DNA of 32,000 nucleotides, taken from an uncultured Chloroflexia bacterium (lineage in GTDB: Bacteria; Chloroflexota; Ktedonobacteria; Ktedonobacterales; JADMIN01). Numbering within the stretch: position 1 is the first letter of the stretch; each line of letters opens with the position of its first letter. Below, piece by piece: positions 10,971 to 19,190 of the stretch. Location: contig CAVRAI010000004.1 of the NCBI GenBank assembly GCA_963718915.1, forward strand, positions 840,001 to 872,000. The letters are read 5' to 3'. The notes under the pieces were generated by a model that searched no databases, was not told the origin of the DNA, and was given only the letters and a program-made list of their open reading frames with translations. The translations under genes were made by a program, and so were the position numbers.

Positions 10971-11487
10971 ACCATCACGATTTTCTTTTGTGGATGAAGG
11001 GGAGGCGGTTCGCCGTCTGAAAGTTGACCGCGAGACGCTGCTCGAACTGATCGCCAGCAAGCGCCTGCGCGCCTATCCTGGCGTGGGTAAGGGCAACTTC
11101 TTCCGCGTTAGTGACCTCGAAAAGCTCGCCGAAGAACTGCACCCAGCCACAGTGGATGCGCCTTCGCTCCAGGGAGTTGACCTGCTCAACCCCACAAACC
11201 AACGCCGCCAACACGATCCAGGATTCAAGGTACATCTGCGACTTCAGGCCGATCTGAAATGGTACGACCTGACCGACGATGACCTGCAAGCCTATGTGCG
11301 CGAGCTACATCCCGCGGCCTATGAGAAGCAGCGGTCGAACGTCACCAGTGTCATAGCACGGCTGGAGCGCCTGGTCACGCTCATGGATGAGGCGGCGCAA
11401 CGCTGGCGGAGTCAAGGCGAGAGCGCGCGGGAGAACGCCGAGAACGCCGGACAGCCACCATTTACGGATGCGCCTTCTGGCAAATAG
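10957..11487 (+). CDS. helix-turn-helix (excisionase/MerR-like HTH_17-type) domain protein
   Basis: Likely start ATG 10957 (GAGGAA 4 nt upstream), overlapping the rsmD end by 14 nt. 176 aa. VDEGEAVRRLKVDRETLLELIASKRLRAYPGVGKGNFFRVSDLEKL is a typical short winged-HTH. The C-terminal half is unassigned. Confidence 0.6.
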   Translation: MQPAKPSRFSFVDEGEAVRRLKVDRETLLELIASKRLRAYPGVGKGNFFRVSDLEKLAEELHPATVDAPSLQGVDLLNPTNQRRQHDPGFKVHLRLQADLKWYDLTDDDLQAYVRELHPAAYEKQRSNVTSVIARLERLVTLMDEAAQRWRSQGESARENAENAGQPPFTDAPSGK

Positions 11488-11511
11488 TTGAGATGTATTG
11501 TAGATAGCATA

Positions 11512-11536
11512 GAGGGCGGAAAGTCTTTCCGCCCTC
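11512..11536. terminator. strong GC hairpin between convergent genes
   Basis: GAGGGCGGAAAG (11512-11523) and CTTTCCGCCCTC (11525-11536) are perfect complements (12 nt arms). No U-tract on either strand. Confidence 0.5.
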
Positions 11537-11578
11537 GTCGTCTGTGACCCGCAGTATGGAGAACACCGCGACGGATCA

Positions 11579-12781
11579 TTAGCTGTTATGGGTGATGGTG
11601 TACTCGTTGTAATTGAAGTAGGACATAGGGTCAACCGGCTCATTGTTCCATTCGACCATGAAGTGCAGGTGCGGTCCGGTGGACCATCCGGTTGAGCCTT
11701 CAAGGCCAATCACATCACCTGCCAGCACGATCTGTCCCGCTGTGACCTCCAACTTATCCATATGGCCGTAGACCGTCGAGACGTGGTTACAGTGATTGAT
11801 CTTCACCGACCACCCCAGACCGCCAACATCCCATCCAGCCCAGATAACCTGCCCCGATTGCGCCGCATGGATAGGATTCCCTTCATTCGCCGCGAGGTCC
11901 ACGCCATTGTGATACCATGTGAAGCCACGCACCCAGTACGCACCCCAGTTGGGAGCGTGTAGCTGATACCCTGCCGGATTGCCATTGCCATTCGGGCCAC
12001 AGACAACCTCAGAGCCTGGCGCGGGATCGCCAGCGATTGAAGTCCACGGGCTGTTGCCGAAGGTGGTTGTGCCATCATTAGCGCCGCCGACAAAGGAAAG
12101 TGGGCGGTAATCTTTGCCATAGGTGGCATCACGCGGAATCTTATACGCGATGCCCACGCTGATCTCCTGCCCGGCCAGCAGGTTATTCAGTTCATAGATA
12201 CCACCAACCTGCACGTCAAACTTTTGCGCGATAGATTCCGGCGTGTCGCCCCAGACGGCTGTATACCAGAAGAAGGCCGGATCCTTATTCAAAACAATGG
12301 CGCCTGAGATCGCCTGGAAGGATGACATCGAATTGCTGGCGCTGGCGCCGAGCGGGGTGATGGCGAACATGCCCGTGACGATAATGCAGGTCATCAGGCC
12401 GATGATGGTCAGTCGCATGGTCAGCGGGCGCTCGCGTCGCTTGATGAATGGATTGCCCATTGTGACGCCATCGCCAGCGATGATGACAGGGCCGGTCTCG
12501 TCCTGCACGACCGCGGGCAGACGGTCGCCAGTGTCATCATATGCGATCAGCGCGCTGCCATTCCCGTAGTCGTCATCGTCGTACTTATGTGAGAGGGGAA
12601 TAGTACGGCGTGGGCCTCGGCTGGGGTGAGGGATGGCGTTGTATTCCTCACTCTCACCATCATTCCAGCCTCCCCGCCCTCGTTGCTCTCCGCCGCCGTT
12701 GGTGCGATCGTTACCATCGTAGTAACTGTCGTCCTCCGTGAACCCTCCACGACCTCTGGCCACGTGCCACCCCTTCCACAA
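11579..12781 (-). CDS. membrane-anchored LysM domain / M23 family metallopeptidase
   Basis: 400 aa (TTG start; GTG at 12763 is an alternative). Gly/Asp/Tyr/Arg-rich N-terminal tail, TM helix (LTIIGLMTCIIVTGMFAI), LysM (GDTPESIAQKFDVQVGGIYELNNLLAGQEISVGIAYKIP), and M23 motifs HNGVDLAA and GSTGWSTGPHLHF. Confidence 0.88.
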   Translation of the reverse strand: MWKGWHVARGRGGFTEDDSYYDGNDRTNGGGEQRGRGGWNDGESEEYNAIPHPSRGPRRTIPLSHKYDDDDYGNGSALIAYDDTGDRLPAVVQDETGPVIIAGDGVTMGNPFIKRRERPLTMRLTIIGLMTCIIVTGMFAITPLGASASNSMSSFQAISGAIVLNKDPAFFWYTAVWGDTPESIAQKFDVQVGGIYELNNLLAGQEISVGIAYKIPRDATYGKDYRPLSFVGGANDGTTTFGNSPWTSIAGDPAPGSEVVCGPNGNGNPAGYQLHAPNWGAYWVRGFTWYHNGVDLAANEGNPIHAAQSGQVIWAGWDVGGLGWSVKINHCNHVSTVYGHMDKLEVTAGQIVLAGDVIGLEGSTGWSTGPHLHFMVEWNNEPVDPMSYFNYNEYTITHNS

Positions 12782-12842
12782 CGTCCAATATTACCCGCCG
12801 TCCGCCCGCCATGCCAGTCTACGCCAAAGTACTTATCGTATC

Positions 12843-12870
12843 ACTCTAGCACTCACACACCGGCTGTCAA
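12843..12870 (-). promoter_or_regulatory. candidate promoter of the LysM/M23 gene
   Basis: Minus strand reads TTGACA (rc of 12865-12870), 16 nt, TAGAGT (rc of 12843-12848), about 60 nt upstream of the start. Confidence 0.35.
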
Positions 12871-13021
12871 CTAGTATCATGCTCAGCAGTGACTATCGTA
12901 CTGGGAAGCGGGCAGCGGAATCTCAGCTCTACATGCGCTACAATCTACGCTGTGCGGGAATCGTCTCGTTGAGATCGTCTCTTGTGGGTTTCGCACACTA
13001 GCCTGCAGAAAAGGGACAGGT

Positions 13022-13885
13022 ATGAACTCGTCTGACAATGACGCAACCGAGGGCACACTGATTCGTCTGGGTCACAGCCCCGACTCTGATGATGCGTTCA
13101 TGTTCTACGGCCTGGCTGAGGGCCATGTCGATACGGAAGGTTTGCGGTTTGAGCATATCCTGCGCGACATTGAGACGTTGAACCAGTGGGCGCTTGAAGG
13201 GCGGCTGGAAATCACCGCCATCTCGGTTCATGCCTACGCCTATGTCGCCGACAAGTACGCCATACTGACGCATGGCGCCAGTATGGGTGACAACTACGGT
13301 CCAGTGGTCGTCACTCGCGAGGCTGTTGGCCCGGAGTGGCTGGCTGGGCGACGTATCGCGATCCCTGGCACGATGACCAGCGCGTATCTGGCGTTACGCC
13401 TCTACCTAGGCGACTTTGAGTACGATATCATGCCGTTCGATGAGATTATGGAGGCAGTTAGTTCTGGCAAGGCTGAAGCTGGCCTATTGATTCACGAGGG
13501 CCAGTTGACCCATGGCGCGCTTGGCTTGCATGCTGTCGTGGATCTGGGCAAATGGTGGCATGAGCGCACTGGCGGACTGCCATTGCCCCTTGGCGTCAAT
13601 GCTGTTCGGCGCGATCTTGGCCCGGTGCGCATGGCGCAACTGTCGCGCATTCTCAAGGCGAGCATCGTCTATGGCCTGGAGCATCGTGCGGATGGGCTGA
13701 CATATGCCATGCGTTTCGCTCGTGGATTGCCCACAGCTACGGCCGATCAGTTTGTGGGGATGTACGTCAACGATTGGACGGTGGATATGGGCGATCGTGG
13801 TCGGCAGAGCATCCGCCTCTTTCTGGAAGAGGCTATCGAGCGTGGCATTATCACACACGATGTGCCCGTCGATTTTGTCCAGTAG
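13022..13885 (+). CDS. MqnA/MqnD-family menaquinone (futalosine pathway) biosynthesis protein
   Basis: 287 aa. IRLGHSPDSDDAFMFYGLAEGHVDTEGLRFEHILRDIETLNQWALEGRLEITAISVHAYAYVADKYAIL..GASMG resembles the periplasmic-binding-fold MqnA/MqnD family, especially 1,4-dihydroxy-6-naphthoate synthase. I cannot decide between paralogues. Confidence 0.7.
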   Translation: MNSSDNDATEGTLIRLGHSPDSDDAFMFYGLAEGHVDTEGLRFEHILRDIETLNQWALEGRLEITAISVHAYAYVADKYAILTHGASMGDNYGPVVVTREAVGPEWLAGRRIAIPGTMTSAYLALRLYLGDFEYDIMPFDEIMEAVSSGKAEAGLLIHEGQLTHGALGLHAVVDLGKWWHERTGGLPLPLGVNAVRRDLGPVRMAQLSRILKASIVYGLEHRADGLTYAMRFARGLPTATADQFVGMYVNDWTVDMGDRGRQSIRLFLEEAIERGIITHDVPVDFVQ

Positions 13886-14074
13886 CTGCCCGAACGCCGC
13901 TATCTTATGCCGGGAGACAGGGTCACACGACGGTTTTCCGGCACGCCACTGTGCGTATTGTCCTCTGCGCCTAATTGTCCTTCGTCCGGTATGGCGACTC
14001 AGGCTATCCAGATGGGTGCGCGCGCGATACAATACAGATGTGTGTCTGCGCGATGGTGGCCTGTGGGAGTGCCC

Positions 14075-17000
14075 ATGATTTGCCCAAACTGCTCGACGGT
14101 GAATCCAGAAAATGCTCGTTACTGCATTTCCTGTGGCCAGCCGCTGCCACGGATATGCTCCGTCTGTGGCGCCGTCAACCCACCAAACGCGCGCTTCTGT
14201 AATCAGTGTGGCTCGCCGCTGGATACTGTGCCAGCTCCCACTGACGATCACCCCGCCCAACTGAACGGGAATCACTCGAGCGGGGTGGTGCTGGCGAATG
14301 CAACGACCCCCGTGGAAGAGACCACCGAACAGCGGCGCGTTGTCACTGTCCTCTTCGCCGACCTTGCCAGCTCAACGGCTTTGGCGGAAGACCTCGACCC
14401 CGAAGATGCGCGCGCCCTGCTCGCGGATTTTTTTGGCACAATGGCGCGCGAGATTCATCGGCATGGCGGCACCGTCGAAAAATACATTGGTGACGCGGTG
14501 ATGGCGGTCTTTGGACTGCCGGTGGCCCACGAGGACGATCCCGTGCGCGCCGTGCGCGCCGCGCTGGATATGCAGACCGCGCTACGCCAGTTCAACGAGG
14601 AACGCCGCGCTGCTGATCCCGCCGCTACCGAGCTACAGATGCGCATTGGCATCAACACGGGTGAGGTTGCCGCCGCTGGCGCCGCGTCAGAGGGGCGCGA
14701 CTTCCTGGTGACGGGCGATGCCGTCAATGTCGCTGCACGGCTCCAGCAACTGGCTACCCCGGGCACGATTCTCGTTGGCTCGCGCACCTGGCGCGCCACA
14801 CAAGGAGCGGTGCAGTACCGCGATTTGCCTCCCGCGAACGTCCGCAACCGCGCCCGGCCCGTCAAGATATGGGAGGCGCTGGCGATGACGGATCAGAGCG
14901 CCGTGCCCACTCCACGCCCGCGAGGTGTCGCGGGTCTTAAGGCGCCGATGGTTGGCCGCGATGTCGAAATGGAGTTGATGAATGCGGTCAGTTCCCGCGT
15001 GCTGCGCGAAAACTCCCCTCACCTTGTCACTGTTTTCGGACTTCCAGGCATTGGCAAAACCCGGCTGGTGCGTGAATTTCTGCGCCAACCAACCGAGTCA
15101 GCAGAGTCGCCGGTTCCAGCGACGAGTGGAAAACGCCGAACGGCGCGTCGACCACGTCCCCGCTCCCGCGCAACGGCCATGTCCAATCAGCCAGTGATTC
15201 TGGAAGGCCGCTGCCCACCATATGGCGAGGGGATCACCTATTGGCCGCTGGCCGACATGTTGCGGGCATATTGCGGCATCCAGGCGATGGAGTCACCGGA
15301 GGCTGCGCGCGCGCGACTGGCGCAGTGCGTCACGAGTGCTTTGTTACGCGCTGGACGTAGTGATGATCCTGTGCTGATCGCGGCCTATCTTGGATACACT
15401 ATCGGCATTGAATCGAAGTCACGGCGCAGTGGGCTGCTCCCCGTCGATGCGCAGCAGAAGCAAGAGGGGCTGCTGCGCGCATGGAGGGTATTCTTCGAGG
15501 CGCTTGCCCAGCCGACGGGGCTGATACTCCTCATCGAAGATATACACTGGGCCGATGACGCGCTGCTCGATTTGATCGAATTCGTCGCCGCGCGCGCAGC
15601 TGAAGTGCCGCTCATGCTGCTCTGTACCGCTCGCCCGGAGTTGCTCGACAAGCGCCCCGAGTGGGGTGGTGGCAAGCGCAATTACGTCACGATTGGATTA
15701 GAGGCGCTCTCACCAGTCGCGACACAGCAGTTGATGCGCGAACTACTCCCCGGCGCGACGGCGCCGCAGAGCCTCCGACAGGGAATAGTGCAGAAGGCCG
15801 AGGGGAACCCATTTTATATCGAAGAGATCGTGCGGATGTTCGTTGACCTTGGCATTCTGGTCCATGTCAAAGCACCGGGCGTTGGCTGGCAGGTGGCGCC
15901 GGAATGGGAGGGGCAGAGTGAGATCCCCGACCCTGGAATTCCTGATACCGTGCAGGGCGTGTTAAACGCCCGACTCGATCTGCTCGCGGCGGAAGAGCTT
16001 GACGTCCTGCAACATGCGGCGGTGATTGGACGCTACTTCTGGCCGAGCGCATTGGTCGCGCTTGCCCCACATTTGGAACGAACGCGGCTGGATGTCGTGC
16101 TGCAATCGCTGGTCGAGAAGGAACTGTTGATCCTAACCGACCATAGTAAGACGAGTGTCGCGCCACCCGATGAGCCAATTTACAGCTTCAATCATGCGCT
16201 GACTCGCGAGGTTGTCTATGGCGCGATTGCGCGGACACGGCGGGCGCACGAACACGAGCGTGTGGCTGCCTGGCTGGAGAACCTGGCGCAGGGGCGCGTA
16301 GAAGAGTTCGCGGAATTGCTGGCGCAGCATTACCGTCAGTATTACATTCAGGCGAATCTCTCGCGAACCCGCAACGCTGCCCGACGCCAGGCGGTGCTGG
16401 CGAAGGTGGTTCACTACCTGATGATGGCGGGTGACCAGGCTGCGGCACGTCACGCCTCCAGCAAGGCAGATGGGTACTACACCGATACTATCCGTCTCAT
16501 CGAAGAAGAAGGCCGACTGGATGACGCTCCGTTACGGCAGGCGCTGTTCACCAAGCGGGGGGATGCTCGCTGGTTTGCGCTCCGCGCGGACGAGGCATGG
16601 GCTGACTATCGCACAGCTCTGGAACTGTGGGCGGGATACGAAATACCCCCTACGGAGTCACGAGAAGGCGCTGCGTCGGAATCCGCAAATAACGGGCAGG
16701 CGCATCTCGACTGGCTCACCCAGGGTATGCGTCTGTATCGGTTGCTCGTGGCGCTGCCGACGCGGTACTCCGCCTATTTTCAGCAGGCGCCACCCCAGGA
16801 CGAATTGAAAGGGTATCTCGACCGAGGACTGAAGCTGGCCGATGCCGCTGGATGCCATGACACCGCGGAGTATGCGGCGCTGTTGACCGCGACAAGCTTC
16901 TTCTGGATGTCCGCGGCGGAGCATCGAGGCGAGCGCGAATTGATGGAGGCGTTGCGGAGCGCGCGCGAGGCCGTGCGCATTACGGAGGCCCTGGGCGATG

Positions 17001-18016
17001 ATCCGCGTGGCGCGTCGGAGGCCCTCGACGCCTTGGGCAACCTGCTCGCCATTACCACCGATCTACGTGGATTCCTGGAAACAATGACTCGTCGTCTCCA
17101 ATGGGCGCAACACATCGATGATCCCAATGAGTTGGTTGACATTCATACCGAGGTAAGCCAGGCGCATCAGGCAGTTGGCGAATATGCCGAAGCCGTGACC
17201 CATGCGCGCGCCGCACTGGATATTGCGCGTACCGCCGAGACTGAAGCGCTCCAGGCGCATGCGCTCCGTGCGCTGACAATTGCGTATTACGAGTGGGACC
17301 ACTGGGCTGAAGCGCTCGAAACAGGCGAAGAATTACTGCGCGTTTCGACTCAAGCACAGCCACGCTTGTCCCATCGTCAGCTCGCGGCTGTGCTGGCAAT
17401 GGCCATCATCAAGGCGCGTATGGGAGATCGTGATGGCTCCGACCGTCTCGCGCGTCAGGTGGCTGAGAACAGTCAAGCGTGTGATGTGCAGTACCTGGCG
17501 GTAGGGCGCGCCCGTCTCGCATTGGCTCTGGGTTCCACCCGCGAGTCGCGCCAGTTGCTGCTCAATGGGTTGGAGGATCGTGAGGGGCGCGTCGGTATGG
17601 CAATGCTGCTTGCCGAGCTTGCAGAGTTGCTGGCGCGTGAGGGCGATCTGGCGTTGTATGATCGCTATGGCCCACAGGCGCTGGAGCTTGGCTGGCGGTC
17701 TGGCGCGCGCAAGGCGTTGGCGCAGGCGGTCCGCGCTCGGGGCATCGTGGCGATGGCGGCGGGCAGGTGGGATGATGCGCTGGCCGACATGGAAAGCGCG
17801 TTTACTCGCTACTCAGACCTCGGCGCCATCTGGGAGGAGGCGCGTACGCGGTATGCGCTGGCTGGCCTGTATCGTCGCCGAGTTGAACCAGGCGACGAAC
17901 AACGGGCACATGATGAGTTGACGCGCGCCCAGGCGATATTCAGCTCACTTACCGCTGTACGTGACCTTGCACGCACGCGCTCGGCCCTGGCTGGTGGAGA
18001 CATTCGTCTGCCCTAG
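14075..18016 (+). CDS. double zinc-ribbon / class III adenylate cyclase / STAND P-loop NTPase / TPR-like repeat protein
   Basis: ORF 13907-18016. Likely start ATG 14075 (GGGAG 5 nt upstream), 1313 aa. CPNC..CISC and CSVC..CNQC zinc ribbons. Cyclase motifs VLFADLASST, EKYIGDAVMAVFG, GDAVNVAARL. Walker A GLPGIGKTRL and Walker B LILLIEDIHWADD. C-terminal ~550 aa are helical repeats. Confidence 0.9.
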   Translation: MICPNCSTVNPENARYCISCGQPLPRICSVCGAVNPPNARFCNQCGSPLDTVPAPTDDHPAQLNGNHSSGVVLANATTPVEETTEQRRVVTVLFADLASSTALAEDLDPEDARALLADFFGTMAREIHRHGGTVEKYIGDAVMAVFGLPVAHEDDPVRAVRAALDMQTALRQFNEERRAADPAATELQMRIGINTGEVAAAGAASEGRDFLVTGDAVNVAARLQQLATPGTILVGSRTWRATQGAVQYRDLPPANVRNRARPVKIWEALAMTDQSAVPTPRPRGVAGLKAPMVGRDVEMELMNAVSSRVLRENSPHLVTVFGLPGIGKTRLVREFLRQPTESAESPVPATSGKRRTARRPRPRSRATAMSNQPVILEGRCPPYGEGITYWPLADMLRAYCGIQAMESPEAARARLAQCVTSALLRAGRSDDPVLIAAYLGYTIGIESKSRRSGLLPVDAQQKQEGLLRAWRVFFEALAQPTGLILLIEDIHWADDALLDLIEFVAARAAEVPLMLLCTARPELLDKRPEWGGGKRNYVTIGLEALSPVATQQLMRELLPGATAPQSLRQGIVQKAEGNPFYIEEIVRMFVDLGILVHVKAPGVGWQVAPEWEGQSEIPDPGIPDTVQGVLNARLDLLAAEELDVLQHAAVIGRYFWPSALVALAPHLERTRLDVVLQSLVEKELLILTDHSKTSVAPPDEPIYSFNHALTREVVYGAIARTRRAHEHERVAAWLENLAQGRVEEFAELLAQHYRQYYIQANLSRTRNAARRQAVLAKVVHYLMMAGDQAAARHASSKADGYYTDTIRLIEEEGRLDDAPLRQALFTKRGDARWFALRADEAWADYRTALELWAGYEIPPTESREGAASESANNGQAHLDWLTQGMRLYRLLVALPTRYSAYFQQAPPQDELKGYLDRGLKLADAAGCHDTAEYAALLTATSFFWMSAAEHRGERELMEALRSAREAVRITEALGDDPRGASEALDALGNLLAITTDLRGFLETMTRRLQWAQHIDDPNELVDIHTEVSQAHQAVGEYAEAVTHARAALDIARTAETEALQAHALRALTIAYYEWDHWAEALETGEELLRVSTQAQPRLSHRQLAAVLAMAIIKARMGDRDGSDRLARQVAENSQACDVQYLAVGRARLALALGSTRESRQLLLNGLEDREGRVGMAMLLAELAELLAREGDLALYDRYGPQALELGWRSGARKALAQAVRARGIVAMAAGRWDDALADMESAFTRYSDLGAIWEEARTRYALAGLYRRRVEPGDEQRAHDELTRAQAIFSSLTAVRDLARTRSALAGGDIRLP

Positions 18017-18086
18017 GCTTCGTCCACTAGGTGTCGCACAGCTTGAAGCGGCGTGGAACTGTCGGCGATAGAATAGGAGGTGCGTC

Positions 18087-19016
18087 ACGGCTCCGTCATC
18101 CGCGGATAAGCGCGTCGCACACTTCTGCCATCTCTGTGGCGCGCGACTGCGCAGCCGCTATCTCGTCTACAATGCCACACTCGTTGTCTGCGCGGCGTGC
18201 GACGCCACCTCCCAACGGTGCGCACGGTGTGGCGTGCCGATCGCGCGGTCCGCCATCCAGGGGGCTGATCCACTGTGCGCGACCTGCGCCCGCGACGCGC
18301 CTCGTTGCGCGGGGTGTGGGCTGCCAATCACCTCAACGTGGTACACCTTCGAGGAACTGCTCCCGACCGTTGCGCCACGCAAGTTTTGCCCGCGCTGCGT
18401 CCAGGGGCGTCCCCGGTGCGATCTCTGTCGCGCGCCGGTCGCCGATGGCGCGCAGCCGCTGGCGGATGGGCAGTATCGTTGCGCCCTCTGTCTCTCTGAG
18501 ATTGTGCTGGAGGTCGCCGACGTTTTGACCATCTATCACGAAGCTGTTGCCCAGGTGGCGCGGGTGCTACACGGGCAGTTGCGGGAGACGCCTCGTCTGG
18601 AAACCGTCAGTCGTCGTAAGATGGGCGAAATACGGCGGCGTTACGAACATCGGTCATCGGAACCCGCCGCCGCCAGCCATCACGTCTTGGGCTATTTTGT
18701 CCAGGCGCATGGAGTGAGCACCATCTACGCTGAAGCGTGCCTACCACGTGGGTTGCTGCTGGGTACCCTGGCGCACGAGTTGGCGCATGCCTGGCAGACT
18801 GAGCAGGGACTTTACCTGAAAGATGCTCTGGTGCGCGAAGGATTCGCGGAATGGGTGGCATATCGCGTGCTCACAGCGCGTGGCCTGCCGTCGCTGGCAG
18901 AGCGCGCCACCCGCCGGGACGATATCTATGGACGCGGCTTGCGCCACTTCCTCAATATCGAGAACCGCTTTGGATATGCGGGCGTGGTGAAACGCGCCAA
19001 CGGGCAGATGTTGTAG
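18087..19016 (+). CDS. LIM-like multi-zinc-finger protein fused to a DA1-like HExxH metallopeptidase (start codon non-canonical or mutated)
   Basis: The ORF track starts at GTG 18234, but the frame is open from 18072 and already encodes CHLC-x17-CAAC-x6-CARC. C-terminal CLPRGLLLGTLAHELAHAWQ..VREGFAEWVAYRVL..DDIYGRGLRHF parallels plant DA1 (LPRLLTGSILAHEMMHAW..EEGICQVMA..VYGDGFR). AGGAGGTG at 18075-18082. Confidence 0.75.
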   Translation, partial: TAPSSADKRVAHFCHLCGARLRSRYLVYNATLVVCAACDATSQRCARCGVPIARSAIQGADPLCATCARDAPRCAGCGLPITSTWYTFEELLPTVAPRKFCPRCVQGRPRCDLCRAPVADGAQPLADGQYRCALCLSEIVLEVADVLTIYHEAVAQVARVLHGQLRETPRLETVSRRKMGEIRRRYEHRSSEPAAASHHVLGYFVQAHGVSTIYAEACLPRGLLLGTLAHELAHAWQTEQGLYLKDALVREGFAEWVAYRVLTARGLPSLAERATRRDDIYGRGLRHFLNIENRFGYAGVVKRANGQML

Positions 19017-19058
19017 CATTACGCACGACTGGTAAACCTTCCGTTCGTTTCGCCGTAT

Positions 19059-19095
19059 TAAAGAAAAGAAAAACGGGTGTGATCTCTCATCACCC
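19059..19095 (-). terminator. orphan minus-strand intrinsic-terminator-like element
   Basis: Minus strand reads GGGTG-A-TGA GAGA TCA-CACCC (19075-19095) followed by GTTTTTCTTTTCTTTA (rc of 19059-19074). No annotated minus-strand gene feeds into it. Confidence 0.3.
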
Positions 19096-19190
19096 TCCCA
19101 TGGTGATAAAATACCAGCATGGCAAGCTCACACTGACCGCCCTTCTCCGACGGTATAGAGCACTCGTATGGCTGGGAAAAGGAGACGGCA

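Noticed and set aside
12782-13021. Possible c-di-AMP (ydaO-type) riboswitch or other structured leader upstream of the LysM/M23 hydrolase gene
   Set aside because: I read the minus strand for the conserved ydaO sequence blocks and did not find them. Only a promoter-like TTGACA/TAGAGT pair and two TATCGTA copies exactly 60 nt apart (12834-12840, 12894-12900) are visible. A covariance-model scan would be needed to revisit this.
14075-18016. Interpreting the cyclase-STAND protein as a Pycsar/CBASS-like antiphage cyclase
   Set aside because: No cNMP-binding, TIR, TM-effector or CD-NTase-associated gene is nearby. The specificity residues look adenylate-cyclase-like, and the architecture matches common actinobacterial/chloroflexal signalling proteins.
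18031-18528. 165-aa plus-strand ORF (Arg/Ser/Ala-rich) overlapping the start of the DA1-like gene
   Set aside because: It is a shadow ORF typical of GC-rich DNA. The alternative frame carries the regular CxxC fingers and the HExxH peptidase, while this frame has no recognisable motif and biased composition.
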